64,000 nt of DNA. Source: Candidatus Kaiserbacteria bacterium (lineage in GTDB: Bacteria; Patescibacteriota; Minisyncoccia; Phycocordibacterales; UBA2100). The stretch is from contig JAQBQU010000017.1 in the NCBI GenBank assembly GCA_028286865.1, positions 14,395 to 78,394 of the forward strand, written 5' to 3'. The translations under genes were made by a program, and so were the position numbers. Shown piece by piece: positions 16,640 to 31,382 of the stretch (position 1 is its first letter; every line of letters begins with the position of its first letter). The notes beneath the pieces are model-generated. The model was given only the letters and a program-made list of their open reading frames with translations. It was not told where the DNA came from and did no database searches.

Positions 16640-17203
16640 ATGGAAATATGGTATAGCCTCACGGGCGATCTCGATAAAAAAGCGGGGCAGGATGCTATAC
16701 AGTGGATCAATCATGAGCTCTACTCGAAGCCCGTGACGCTCCTGCGATTCATGGTGGCATCCGGCGGCGGCAATATTGATACCGGCACAAATTTACATAT
16801 GTACCTCAAGTCGCTCCCCGTAAAAGTGGAGACGATCGGTTTCGGTGTGGTGGATGCTGCTGCGGTACTGGTCTTTCTTGGCGGGCATACACGCATCGCG
16901 GTCGAGGGCTGCAGATTCTTCTTTCACGAAGGCCGCTACACGATCGAGAATCCAACGGGCCCTTTGCATGCGCATGAAGAAGCAATATCTGTGTTCAAAC
17001 GCAATCTGCACGAAATGATCTACGTGATCGCGCGGGAAACGGGCAACGACACCGAGACCGTCGCGAACATGCTTCGCAAGAGCAAGATCATGCAGACCAG
17101 TGAGGCAAAAGATTTCGGACTCTGCAGCGAGATCATCAAGGAGCTCCCGCTGCGCCAACAGGAGACCGCGTTCGGTTTTCGAGAATCACAAGCCGCTGAG
17201 TGA
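16640..17203 (+). CDS. ClpP-family protein, catalytic Ser apparently replaced by Ala
   Basis: ASGGGNI, ETIGFGVVDAAAVLVFLGG, FFFHE, SEAKDFGL. Confidence 0.8.
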   Translation: MEIWYSLTGDLDKKAGQDAIQWINHELYSKPVTLLRFMVASGGGNIDTGTNLHMYLKSLPVKVETIGFGVVDAAAVLVFLGGHTRIAVEGCRFFFHEGRYTIENPTGPLHAHEEAISVFKRNLHEMIYVIARETGNDTETVANMLRKSKIMQTSEAKDFGLCSEIIKELPLRQQETAFGFRESQAAE

Positions 17204-17263
17204 GATTCTTTTAAAAAAAATTGCCCGGGCGCGGCCCGGGCAATTTGCGATGAGGTGGCTGGA

Positions 17264-17596
17264 TCAGTCTCGGATGATACTGATCCGGTACGCTGCGGTC
17301 TTTCCTTGGTGGAACTTGTCGGCGGGCCCGATCACGAAGCGGACACGCTGACCATCGCTCAGGGACGGCAGTCCGCTCTGTCCGAGCGAAAATACGCCGA
17401 CGAACACATCCTTGCCGCCGACGACTTTGATGAAGCCGAACCCCTTCTTGCGATTATAGAACTTGACCGTTCCTTCGACGAACTCGGTGCCCATGGCGAT
17501 GGGATCGTCGGATGCCGGCGGCTTCCGCGAGTGTCTTCCGTTGTTGTTCTTGTGTGCATGCCGGGGCGGATTCCGGTAGACATCTTGCATTGCCAT
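17264..17596 (-). CDS. Cold-shock domain protein with basic N-terminal extension
   Basis: GTVKFYNRKKGFGFI...KDVFV (RNP1/RNP2). Confidence 0.88.
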   Translation of the reverse strand: MAMQDVYRNPPRHAHKNNNGRHSRKPPASDDPIAMGTEFVEGTVKFYNRKKGFGFIKVVGGKDVFVGVFSLGQSGLPSLSDGQRVRFVIGPADKFHQGKTAAYRISIIRD

Positions 17597-17783
17597 TCGT
17601 CGCAATTCCTCTCTTGTTGCAGGGACCGAAAGAACTTATTTCCTCCGGGATAGCCGCGCGCTCTTCGAGTGCAGGGCGGACCGGAGGCAATTCGAGTCAC
17701 TCTGCATTCCGGAGCAATGGTTGTCAATAAAAAAATCCCGGCCAATTTCTCGGCCGGGGTAAGTCTGGGGCAGTGTGGGGCGA

Positions 17784-17957
17784 TCAATTGTCCGGATAGC
17801 GGCGCGCGATCTGCCGTGCCGTGTCGCGGATGTATTCCGGTGTGCGGTGGTAGGGGTCGCGTGGCTTCGAGCGTCGTGACGAGCGTACAGCGCGCGGGCG
17901 TTGCTCACGCTCATTGTCTGAACGCTGACTCGGAAGTTCCGGGCCGTTGTTCTGCAT
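17784..17957 (-). CDS. Small Arg-rich hypothetical protein (57 aa)
   Basis: AGGAG SD, TTGACA-N16-TATAAT upstream, hairpin downstream. Confidence 0.55.
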   Translation of the reverse strand: MQNNGPELPSQRSDNEREQRPRAVRSSRRSKPRDPYHRTPEYIRDTARQIARRYPDN

Positions 17958-18095
17958 GATGGCTCCTGAATAGAGGAACCGGGGGACGCACAACTCACCC
18001 CCGTCTATTTGTTATTATACACCAAAGCGGAATAATGTCAATAATACGCAGTTGATATGGCTCAAAGGAGCCGTTTTCTTTGGTAGAATGATGCA

Positions 18096-19756
<1,661 letters not shown>

Positions 19757-19940
19757 GCCAAGATGAAGATGCCCCTTGCATCTTTTTAGACCAGGCGTGG
19801 GTGGGGTGGTCAAGCCAATATATGGCTTAAAACCTCGGTTTTGTCTTCACGTAGGCTTCATTAGGCCATGAAAATGCCTTGACAGTCAAGGGTCTTCGTG
19901 CTACCATATTCATGTTAGAGATTCGTCTCTTGCATTGAAC

Positions 19941-20525
19941 ATGTCAGGAATCTTCACATCAGCCCTCATCGGGTTTTTTGCTTACGCAGGCGTCGGCATC
20001 GCATCCGCCGACACCCAGCAGCAGATCGCCCCCGAGGCGCCCACATACAAGAGCATTTCGGTATCCATGACGGGCTATAACGCCGTTGCCGCTCAGACCG
20101 ACGGCGATCCCTATACCACCGCAAGCGGGGCGTATTCTGATCCCGATGTGGTCGCTGCCCGCTCTGTCGACCTCGCCGACCAGCTCCCGTTCGGAACGGT
20201 TATCGAGATCGATACTACGAGCAGCACATCGACCACCTGCGGACTCTCATTGGTAGACGACACCGTCGGCTATCGTGTTATTGCCGACTCAATGCACCCT
20301 CGTAAGCGCAACCAGATCGACCTCTTGTTCCACACGTCCGACAAGGTTCGTGCCGGTGGCCGCATCGTCAACGCCGCAGTGGCGCTCGGCGTCTGTAAGA
20401 ATGTCTCGATCAAGATCATCGGGCACGTTGATATTGCCCACATGCCGAAGAACCAGGAGGAACTCAAGCTTGCGATAGGGCAGCTCGATAAGGCACCCGC
20501 CGGGAACCTCGTGGTAAGCAAATAA
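19941..20525 (+). CDS. Secreted 3D-domain protein
   Basis: Signal peptide; TGYN...QTD.DP..TASG, LPFGT, ADSM, IDL; TTGACA-N17-TACCAT promoter. Confidence 0.8.
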   Translation: MSGIFTSALIGFFAYAGVGIASADTQQQIAPEAPTYKSISVSMTGYNAVAAQTDGDPYTTASGAYSDPDVVAARSVDLADQLPFGTVIEIDTTSSTSTTCGLSLVDDTVGYRVIADSMHPRKRNQIDLLFHTSDKVRAGGRIVNAAVALGVCKNVSIKIIGHVDIAHMPKNQEELKLAIGQLDKAPAGNLVVSK

Positions 20526-20636
20526 AGACGCGGACATATCATGAAGTCCTCTTCATGAAATCTTCCGTTTTGATATGCCATACTTTCGTATCCTCTTGAT
20601 AGGGGTTATCAGCAATTAATAGCTATACATATTTCT

Positions 20637-21293
20637 ATGAATAATGACTCAAACCGCGGCCTATGGATCGGCATCGTCATCGTGATAGTGCTCGTGGCCC
20701 TGGGCCTCTGGTGGTACTCATCCAGCATGACCGATAATTCCATGACGACCGATACCACCGCGACCACAACGGTGACTACGGGTACAGGTGCAGGTACGAC
20801 GGGCACCACCGGCACCACAGGTTCTGGCGCGGGCACTTCGGGCTCAGCCGCAGTCATCCCGGTGACCAAGTCGAGCAACGATGTCGTCTCGATCGTTTCA
20901 GGTCTCTCGGGCGTCTCTCAGTTCAACGCGCTCTTCCACTCAACAGGAGTCGCCGCGACCATCGTCCCTCAGGCGGGCGGTAAGTACACGATCTTCGTTC
21001 CGACCAACGGTGCGATCTCCCAGCTTCCTGCCGGCACGATCTCGAACATGACGGCGGCTGAGAAGAAGCGCCTTATTCAGTATCACGTCGTCTCCGGGCG
21101 CGCGATCGATACGACGTCTCAGACCGCAGGCCAGATCCAGGCACTTTCCGGTGACGCATTGAACTTCAACTACGGGACCAACAAGATCCCGATGGTCAAC
21201 AGCTCGATCATCATCGCTCAGTACAACGGTTCTAACGGTACGGTCTACCTTGTGGACAATGTGCTGCTTCCTCCGAAGAAGTCGAACATCTAA
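20637..21293 (+). CDS. Fasciclin (FAS1) domain protein with Thr/Gly linker
   Basis: YTIFVPTNGA, LIQYHVV, SNGTVYLVDNVLLP. Confidence 0.9.
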   Translation: MNNDSNRGLWIGIVIVIVLVALGLWWYSSSMTDNSMTTDTTATTTVTTGTGAGTTGTTGTTGSGAGTSGSAAVIPVTKSSNDVVSIVSGLSGVSQFNALFHSTGVAATIVPQAGGKYTIFVPTNGAISQLPAGTISNMTAAEKKRLIQYHVVSGRAIDTTSQTAGQIQALSGDALNFNYGTNKIPMVNSSIIIAQYNGSNGTVYLVDNVLLPPKKSNI

Positions 21294-21306
21294 CTCTCGT
21301 TCGCAG

Positions 21307-21337
21307 AAAAACACCCTCCGTTCGGAGGGTGTTTTTT
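21307..21337 (+). terminator. Intrinsic terminator
   Basis: AAAAACACCCTCCG-TT-CGGAGGGTGTTTTTT. Confidence 0.85.
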
Positions 21338-21365
21338 GATGGCGGAACGTGGTATTATTCCGCCG

Positions 21366-22106
21366 ATGAATGAAGCAATCCACGTAGCGCTCGCACCCGA
21401 AGTAGTGACCACGCTCTTCGGGATCCCGATCACCAACACGCTCATTACGAGCTGGGCGGTGATAGGGGTACTTTTTGTCATCGCACTCGTGATAGGACGC
21501 AATCCGAAGCTCATCCCGGGCCGTTTCCAGACACTCCTCGAGTGGCTTTTCGGATTCGTCTACGATTACATCGCCGAGACCCTCGAGAGCCGCGACCTCG
21601 CGCGCCGTTTCTTTCCGTACCTCACGACGATGTTCCTCTTTGTATTCACCTCGAACCTGCTCGAGTTCACCCCCGGTATCGGCTCTATCGGTTTTTTCAG
21701 TGGTACTGAGTTCACGCCACTGCTTCGCAGCGTGAACACCGACCTCAACGTCACCCTCATGCTCGCGATCCTCGCATTCTTGGTGATCGAGGTGACCGGC
21801 GTCGTGGTCATCGGCTTCTGGCGCTACGGAGGGAAGTTCATCAACGTGCGGCACGGGGTCATCGCATTCTTCGTCGGCATCATCGAACTTTTTTCGGAAA
21901 TGGCGCGCATCGTGTCGTTCTCGTTCCGACTCTTCGGCAACATCTTCGCCGGCGAAGTGCTCATCCTCGTCGTGACCCACTTCTTGCCCTACATCGGCCC
22001 CGTTCCCGTCATGACCTTCGAGCTCTTCGTGGGCTTCGTGCAGGCGGCCATCTTCTCGCTTCTGACCCTCTTTTTCATCAAGCTCGCTGTCTCAGAACCT
22101 CACTAA
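21366..22106 (+). CDS. atpB: ATP synthase Fo subunit a
   Basis: SFSFRLFGNIFAGE, FELFVGFVQA. Confidence 0.96.
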   Translation: MNEAIHVALAPEVVTTLFGIPITNTLITSWAVIGVLFVIALVIGRNPKLIPGRFQTLLEWLFGFVYDYIAETLESRDLARRFFPYLTTMFLFVFTSNLLEFTPGIGSIGFFSGTEFTPLLRSVNTDLNVTLMLAILAFLVIEVTGVVVIGFWRYGGKFINVRHGVIAFFVGIIELFSEMARIVSFSFRLFGNIFAGEVLILVVTHFLPYIGPVPVMTFELFVGFVQAAIFSLLTLFFIKLAVSEPH

Positions 22107-22261
22107 TCGGTCTGGAAATCAGGAGGCAGCGATGGTATGATGCATGCGGTCGGAAATGAAAGAAGTACATTATGGCGGCTAACGAGCCGGATCGCGAGCG
22201 CTTGCGCTCATGATCGGCGAGAGAAGACGACATATGAGCGTAGAGATTATTAACCAAGTAA

Positions 22262-22501
<240 letters not shown>

Positions 22502-22637
22502 TTTGACGCGCTTCGTCGTTGAGGTTCAAAAAAAATTCTTCACCGTACGTTTCGTACGACTCAGAATATTTTTCTCCCTCGCCTAGAATCGCATTCAAAT
22601 TACTCAAATTCACACACACGGCGTTCAGAAAAAAATT

Positions 22638-23087
22638 ATGGAACCACTTTTCGCAGCATTCGGAGTCAATTGGAAACTGCTTATCGTTCAAGCGGTGAAT
22701 TTCGGATTGCTTTTGTCCTTGCTCACATACCTCCTCTACAAGCCGTTGCTCCGCATCATTGATGAGCGACGCGAAAAGGTAGCGGAAGGTGTGCGCACTG
22801 CACAAGAAGCAGCTCGAACACTCTCCGATGCGAAGATAGAAAGTGAGGGTTTGGTAGGTACCGCAGCACGCGAGGCGGAAATCCTTGTCGCGACCGCTCG
22901 GAGTCGTGCGGACGAAAAGGGGAATGAGATCGTCAAAGCCGCTGAAGCACGTGCAGATGGTGTCATGAAAGATGCTGCCGCTCGGGCCGAAGAGGCGCGA
23001 CGCACGGCAATGCTCGAAAGCGAGAAAGACATCGCACGCGCCGCAATGCTCGCGGCTGAAAAGGTACTCCGACAAAAGTCGGCATAA
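22638..23087 (+). CDS. atpF: ATP synthase Fo subunit b
   Basis: QAVNF...YKPL...ER plus Ala-rich coiled coil. Confidence 0.95.
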   Translation: MEPLFAAFGVNWKLLIVQAVNFGLLLSLLTYLLYKPLLRIIDERREKVAEGVRTAQEAARTLSDAKIESEGLVGTAAREAEILVATARSRADEKGNEIVKAAEARADGVMKDAAARAEEARRTAMLESEKDIARAAMLAAEKVLRQKSA

Positions 23088-23091
23088 TAAT

Positions 23092-23481
23092 ATGGAAGAA
23101 GGCTACGCACGGGCATTATGGAAAGTGATACATGCGGGGACTCCCGCACATAAGGCTGTGCAGGCACTGACCGAAACGCTCAAGTCTCACGGCCGATTGG
23201 CACTTTCACCGCGTATCGCTAAGGCATTTGCTCGTATCGCAGAGCGCGAGAGTGCTCGCGAGGGGGCAGTGCTTACCGTCGCGCGTGAGAAGGACGAGCG
23301 TCATGCACACGCGGAAGCAAAAAAGGTACTTGCAGACATGGGGGTGGAGGTTCAGGACCTCAAGACGGAAGTCGACGATACATTGATCGGCGGCTGGCGC
23401 CTCGAGGGACGGGGAACCCTTATTGATGCAAGTTTCAAAAAACATTTATTGGACATCTTTAGCAGCGTCACGGGCGCATAA
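23092..23481 (+). CDS. atpH: ATP synthase F1 subunit delta (short)
   Basis: YARAL, VDDTLIGG, IDAS; operon position. Confidence 0.85.
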   Translation: MEEGYARALWKVIHAGTPAHKAVQALTETLKSHGRLALSPRIAKAFARIAERESAREGAVLTVAREKDERHAHAEAKKVLADMGVEVQDLKTEVDDTLIGGWRLEGRGTLIDASFKKHLLDIFSSVTGA

Positions 23482-23484
23482 TAT

Positions 23485-25056
<1,572 letters not shown>

Positions 25057-25082
25057 TTTCTTGCGCATAAGCGCACCCGATC

Positions 25083-25991
25083 ATGGCAAATCTTAAACTC
25101 ATCAAATCAAAGATCCTCTCGTACAAGAAGACGGGAACGGTGACCCATGCCATGGAGGCAGTTTCGGCGGTGAAAATGCGCAAGGGACAGGAGCGTGCGC
25201 TTTCGGGCCGCTCATATGCTGCCTCAGCACTTTCAGTACTTGAGCGACTCTCGGGCACGGCCGACCTTTCTCGTCATCCGATGATGCAAGATCGTGTGGG
25301 CAAAACAGCGGTCGTGGTCATTACTTCAGACAAAGGACTTGCGGGAGGCTTCAATAGCGGTGTCATTCGAGCTGCAGAAAATCTTATACAGGAAAAAAAT
25401 CTTACGAAGGAAGATGCGATCATTCTCGCCTTCGGTCGCAAGGGCGGAGAATTCTTCAAGTCGCGCGGTTTTGCCGTAGAAGTGGAGCGCACCAATGTGA
25501 GCGACGATATTTCCGAGAGCGAACTCGCCGAGATCACCCGCATGCTTATCGATCGCAGTGATATCACGACCGTATTCGTCGTCTATCAGAATTTCATATC
25601 AACATTCGAGCAGCAGCCGATCTCACGACAGATCGTCCCCATCAAGCCGGAGGTCATCCGCGAGATCGTCGCCGGCATCCGCCCGGCGCGCGGTCGCTAT
25701 GCTCCGCAGAACGACTCCGAAGTCGTGCGCCCTGCATCGTATACGGTGGAGCCCGATGCCGAGACGGTGCTCTCGGTCCTTCTCCCGAAACTTCTCAATA
25801 TCGCCGTATTCCACGCACTGCTTGAATCGAAAGCATCAGAACATTCAGCGCGCATGGTCGCGATGAAGAGCGCGACCGACAAAGCGCGCGACATGGCCAA
25901 GAGTCTCACCCGCATCTTCAACAAGGTACGCCAGGCAGCGATCACGCGCGAAGTATCCGAGATCACTTCCGGAATGGAAGCGATGAAATAA
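25083..25991 (+). CDS. atpG: ATP synthase F1 subunit gamma
   Basis: SDKGLAG, SEHSARMVAM, RQAAITRE. Confidence 0.97.
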   Translation: MANLKLIKSKILSYKKTGTVTHAMEAVSAVKMRKGQERALSGRSYAASALSVLERLSGTADLSRHPMMQDRVGKTAVVVITSDKGLAGGFNSGVIRAAENLIQEKNLTKEDAIILAFGRKGGEFFKSRGFAVEVERTNVSDDISESELAEITRMLIDRSDITTVFVVYQNFISTFEQQPISRQIVPIKPEVIREIVAGIRPARGRYAPQNDSEVVRPASYTVEPDAETVLSVLLPKLLNIAVFHALLESKASEHSARMVAMKSATDKARDMAKSLTRIFNKVRQAAITREVSEITSGMEAMK

Positions 25992-25992
25992 T

Positions 25993-26316
25993 ATGCCGGA
26001 GAGCGCGGATCGACACATCAATAAGATTCGCTCGCAGGCAGAAATACGCGCCAAGGTCGCCGCCGCTATTCACGAAGCCATCGCGCAGATCGCCATGCTC
26101 AATCATGCGGGACCTACCAATGCACTGCGCGCTATACGTGCAGCTGATGAAGTGTTGGCAAGTGATGTAGCTTTTACTTCCGTTGAAGAGCTTTCAGTCC
26201 TGGCACAGGATGCCGCGGAAGCGGCGTTCGCCGATGTCGGATTCAACAGCGCAAAGCTCGTTGCGGATCTCCATGTCATAACGCAGACAAAATTGGCTAA
26301 CGCGGACCAATCATGA
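25993..26316 (+). CDS. Hypothetical Ala-rich protein inside atp operon
   Basis: 107-aa ORF abutting atpG and overlapping the next start. Confidence 0.7.
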   Translation: MPESADRHINKIRSQAEIRAKVAAAIHEAIAQIAMLNHAGPTNALRAIRAADEVLASDVAFTSVEELSVLAQDAAEAAFADVGFNSAKLVADLHVITQTKLANADQS

Positions 26317-26744
26317 GCAAATTTCTTTTCTATGGAGCCGCATTCTTGATCCTGCGAGACGACAATAAGATATTACTTTCTAAGCGGCACAATACAGGAC
26401 ATGAGGATGGTAACTTCGGTCTTGTTTCGGGGCACATTGAAGAGAAAGAAACAGCACAGCGCGCGATCATCCGCGAGGCATTTGAGGAAGCGGGGATCAC
26501 CTTGCGCGAGGAAGATCTGGACGTCGTGCATGTTCAGCATCGCAATGCCGGGGATAGAACGTATTTTGATGTGTACCTGCGCGCACGTGCCTGGAGCGGG
26601 GATCCGATCAATAAAGAGCCCGCAAAATGCTCCGCACTCGAGTGGGTCGCAATGGACAGCTTGCCCGACAACACGGTCAACTATGTCGCGGACGTGCTTC
26701 AGCAGATCGACGCCGGTGTCACTTACAGCAATAAAGGATTTTAA
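26313..26744 (+). CDS. NUDIX hydrolase
   Basis: GHIEEKETAQRAIIREAFEEAG Nudix box. Confidence 0.92.
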   Translation: MSKFLFYGAAFLILRDDNKILLSKRHNTGHEDGNFGLVSGHIEEKETAQRAIIREAFEEAGITLREEDLDVVHVQHRNAGDRTYFDVYLRARAWSGDPINKEPAKCSALEWVAMDSLPDNTVNYVADVLQQIDAGVTYSNKGF

Positions 26745-26745
26745 T

Positions 26746-27348
26746 ATGAGAGAACTTCTGATCGCGACACGTAATAAAGGCAAAGTGCCCGAAATGGCGG
26801 CCGCACTCGCCGGGCTGCCGTTCACACTTATGAGCGTAGACGACGTGCCCGCGCTCGAAGGTTTTGATGTAGAAGAGACGGGAACCACCTTCGAAGAAAA
26901 TGCGTTGCTCAAGGCGAAGCAGTACGGCGACAAGAGCGGGAAACTTACTATCGCTGATGACTCGGGACTCGAAGTGGACGCACTTGAAGGCGCCCCTGGA
27001 GTTTACAGTGCTCGCTATGTGCTCGGTACTAATGTCGACCGTTACAATGCGCTGCTCAAGAACATGAATGATATTCAGGATGATAGGGAACGCGGAGCCC
27101 AATTCCACTCGACGATCGCCGTATACGACCCTACTACTGGTCGCTCGATCACCACGGAAGGGATCTGCCGGGGACGTATTCTCCGTGCTCCGGTGGGCGA
27201 GCATGGTTTTGGCTATGATCCGATATTCTATGTGGACGAGCTCGGGGCAACATTTGGCGAGGCCTCTTTAGAGGAGAAGCAGTCGGTGGACCATCGAGCC
27301 AAAGCCATCAAGAAAATGAGAGAACTGCTGCTTGGCGAATTTATATAA
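26746..27348 (+). CDS. rdgB: Non-canonical purine NTP pyrophosphatase (RdgB/HAM1)
   Basis: ATRNKGK, EETGTTFEENA, ADDSGL, PGVYSAR, GFGYDPIF, HR. Confidence 0.95.
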   Translation: MRELLIATRNKGKVPEMAAALAGLPFTLMSVDDVPALEGFDVEETGTTFEENALLKAKQYGDKSGKLTIADDSGLEVDALEGAPGVYSARYVLGTNVDRYNALLKNMNDIQDDRERGAQFHSTIAVYDPTTGRSITTEGICRGRILRAPVGEHGFGYDPIFYVDELGATFGEASLEEKQSVDHRAKAIKKMRELLLGEFI

Positions 27349-27360
27349 AATCGGTTATAA

Positions 27361-28743
<1,383 letters not shown>

Positions 28744-28747
28744 AAAC

Positions 28748-29002
28748 ATGGCTGAGCACGCGAACACATTCCATCTCGTCGTGGCAAGCGTCGGCGAGAC
28801 GCGCTTCGACGGCGCGGCGCTCTCCGTCACGCTCCCGGGCACATCCGGCGAAATGACGCTGCTCCCGCATCACGAACCGCTCGTGACGACGCTCAAGCCG
28901 GGGACGATCACCGTCAAAGATTCACTCGGCGAAATAAAGAAATTCGAGATCGAAGGCGGTGTCATCGAATGCTCCGGCAACAAAGTCGTCGTCCTGCTCT
29001 AG
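28748..29002 (+). CDS. atpC: ATP synthase epsilon, N-terminal domain only
   Basis: LPG..GEMTLLPHHEPL; 84 aa, no C-terminal helices. Confidence 0.88.
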   Translation: MAEHANTFHLVVASVGETRFDGAALSVTLPGTSGEMTLLPHHEPLVTTLKPGTITVKDSLGEIKKFEIEGGVIECSGNKVVVLL

Positions 29003-29096
29003 TTTACCCGTGCGGAGCGATGGGCTCGTCCGTGGCGAAGCAGGGTTTTCAACACAACGCGAAGAGCAGCGGCATAAGAAAGGTACAATGAGCGCA

Positions 29097-31037
29097 ATGC
29101 GAACCGTGAGTGCGCTTTTGTTTTTGGCATTGATGCTCCTGCCGGTCTCGGCCTTTGCCGCGGGGCCTGCGCGTATGCAGTGTTTCCTTACTTCTGCCTC
29201 TGACCCAAGCACGAAAACACCAAAGGAATTCACCGGAAATGCCGCGGCGCAGATAAAATCATTTCTCGACAACATCGAGCAGTGTCCGACCGCCTGCTAT
29301 TACGAGACAATCACGGTGAATATCGCCGACCAGAAAGTAAATATTTCAGTGCAAGCGCAGAATAAGTGCGGCGATCAGCCGACCAAGCAAAAGGCCGACC
29401 AGCTCAAGCTCGGCTGCAATAACGGTCAGACGCAGCCGACCGTTATCGTGAAGCGGACCGGTCTGGTCACCAAGACCGAGGCGCCAAAGTCGCGTTGCGA
29501 TACGACCAACAGTGTTTCAAGTAAGGTCGGCGCGGCGCTCGCTCAAACGGCCAAAGACGCAGTGCTTCAAGGGCTCGCTCAGAAAGCCGCGACCGATGTG
29601 GATATCAATACTCCGATAGGGAAGGAACAGACAGCGGGAGTACTGAAAGCATTCGGTGTGAATGATGCCGAGGCGAACGATCTGGTGGCCAAGAAGCCCG
29701 AGGAAGCAAAAGCGCTCCTGCAAGCACTGGCGTCGGGCGACCAGACAAAAGTGACTGAAGCGGCGCAAAATGCAGGAGTAACGCTCAACTCAAATCTCAG
29801 CGATATCGCGAGCTTATCGCCCAACGATGTCTCGAATAAGTTCGCAGGTATCTATACCGACGAACAGAAGCAAACCGCACTGACCTTACAGACGACGGGA
29901 TTAGGAACAGGTGACCCTGCAGCCGCGGCAAATGCTGCGCCCGCCGTACCTCCCGGCGGCAAATATGGCGATATGCTGAAGCGCGTTGAGGACGAATCCG
30001 GCCTTTCTGCGGTCGCCCCCGGTGTTTTGGCAAAAACAATGAAGATCGAGACCGGCGGTAACTGCAATTCGGTCTCTCCGACGGGGCCTGCCGGCTGCTT
30101 CCAGTACAGCGGCACCACCTGGGACAAGTGGAGCGCGGCGATCAACAATGGAGTTCCCTTGGACCGCTCACTGCGCTACGACCCGGAAGTATCGGCTCGC
30201 GTCACAGCGAATTATATGGCGACCAACTGGGCAAAATACGGAGATCTCATCACACAGTCCGGCATGGATCCGGCAGCAGCCCTCTACACTATTCATAATA
30301 TCGGCGATGGAGGTGGTCCGAAGTTTATCGCGGCATACGCGCAGGACCCGAACATGTCGGTATCGCAGGTGCTCGACGCCAACTCAATACGCTACAATCC
30401 CGGCCTCTATGGCAACGGGAATATCACGCTCGCCCAAGCCGAGCAGAACATGCTCTCGCGCATGAACGGCTCGACCAATTTTGCAGGTGCTGCATACACC
30501 GGCTCGCCGTTCGGCGGCGGTGCTCAAACAGGGTGGAACTATTACTCACCGAACACCCCATACGGCGTCTCTGCGAGTCCGTTCGGCAATGTATACACTC
30601 CGGTCCCGGCATCGTATCCGGGTGCTCCGGTCCCGACCGTGTCTACCGGCGCGCCCGTATCCACCGGTAATCCGGTCTCAACCGGCGGCACTGTCTCGAC
30701 CGGAGGCGTAATTTCTACGAACGGCACCGTCTCGAATGGTGTGACCACGGCGCCGGTTCCGGCAGCACAGCCGGTGGCGAGTATCATCGTGCAGCCGGCA
30801 TCGGCGATCGCCGGAAACCCGCTCACCGTATCGTGGTCGAGCTTCGGAATGCAGCCGAATAACCCGTGCAAGATCCTCGTCGTCGATGCATCATCCTCTC
30901 AGAGTGTACTGGCGCAAAGCAATGAGGGGACCAAGAGCATCACTCCCGCGCAATCAGGAAAACTGACGTTCTCGATGCAGTGCCTCGCTCTCAACGGCGC
31001 TTCCGTGCAGCAAGCAACATCCGCTTCCATCAGGTAG
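29097..31037 (+). CDS. Large secreted protein with lytic-transglycosylase/lysozyme-like domain
   Basis: Signal peptide; KIETGGN...AGCFQYSGTTW...YDPEVS...YTIHNIG; low-complexity linker; C-terminal beta-rich domain. Confidence 0.75.
   Translation: MRTVSALLFLALMLLPVSAFAAGPARMQCFLTSASDPSTKTPKEFTGNAAAQIKSFLDNIEQCPTACYYETITVNIADQKVNISVQAQNKCGDQPTKQKADQLKLGCNNGQTQPTVIVKRTGLVTKTEAPKSRCDTTNSVSSKVGAALAQTAKDAVLQGLAQKAATDVDINTPIGKEQTAGVLKAFGVNDAEANDLVAKKPEEAKALLQALASGDQTKVTEAAQNAGVTLNSNLSDIASLSPNDVSNKFAGIYTDEQKQTALTLQTTGLGTGDPAAAANAAPAVPPGGKYGDMLKRVEDESGLSAVAPGVLAKTMKIETGGNCNSVSPTGPAGCFQYSGTTWDKWSAAINNGVPLDRSLRYDPEVSARVTANYMATNWAKYGDLITQSGMDPAAALYTIHNIGDGGGPKFIAAYAQDPNMSVSQVLDANSIRYNPGLYGNGNITLAQAEQNMLSRMNGSTNFAGAAYTGSPFGGGAQTGWNYYSPNTPYGVSASPFGNVYTPVPASYPGAPVPTVSTGAPVSTGNPVSTGGTVSTGGVISTNGTVSNGVTTAPVPAAQPVASIIVQPASAIAGNPLTVSWSSFGMQPNNPCKILVVDASSSQSVLAQSNEGTKSITPAQSGKLTFSMQCLALNGASVQQATSASIR
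30639..30740 (+). repeat. 18-bp coding tandem repeat (VSTGxx)n
   Basis: VSTGAP VSTGNP VSTGGT VSTGGV ISTNGT VSNG. Confidence 0.8.
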
Positions 31038-31046
31038 AATGCCGAA

Positions 31047-31346
31047 ATGTTCAAGCGCACCAAAGAAGATTTCGTCTGTGAGCATTGCGGCACTCAGGTA
31101 AAAGGTAATGGATATACCAATCACTGTCCGAAGTGCTTGTGGAGCAAGCATGTCGATGTCGACCCGGGGGATCGGGCGGCGAGCTGTGGCGGCCTTATGG
31201 AGCCCATCAGCATCGAGGGATCGAGCCCGGAGTATGTACTTACCCAAAAATGTACCGTATGCGGGCACGAGCGTCGCAATGTCATAGCCGCCAACGACGA
31301 CCCCACAAGCATCGTACAGCTCGCTCAAAAGCAGGCCTCGAAATGA
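31047..31346 (+). CDS. RNHCP domain protein
   Basis: F.CEHCG...TNHCPKCLWSKHVD..PGDRA..CGGLMEP. Confidence 0.9.
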   Translation: MFKRTKEDFVCEHCGTQVKGNGYTNHCPKCLWSKHVDVDPGDRAASCGGLMEPISIEGSSPEYVLTQKCTVCGHERRNVIAANDDPTSIVQLAQKQASK

Positions 31347-31382
31347 CTTGTACGTATTCCGAGAGCCGTGCATAATGTATCT

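Noticed and set aside
28748-29002. atpC as a pseudogene
   Set aside because: Clean ORF ending after the beta-sandwich domain; short epsilon subunits lacking the C-terminal helices occur naturally
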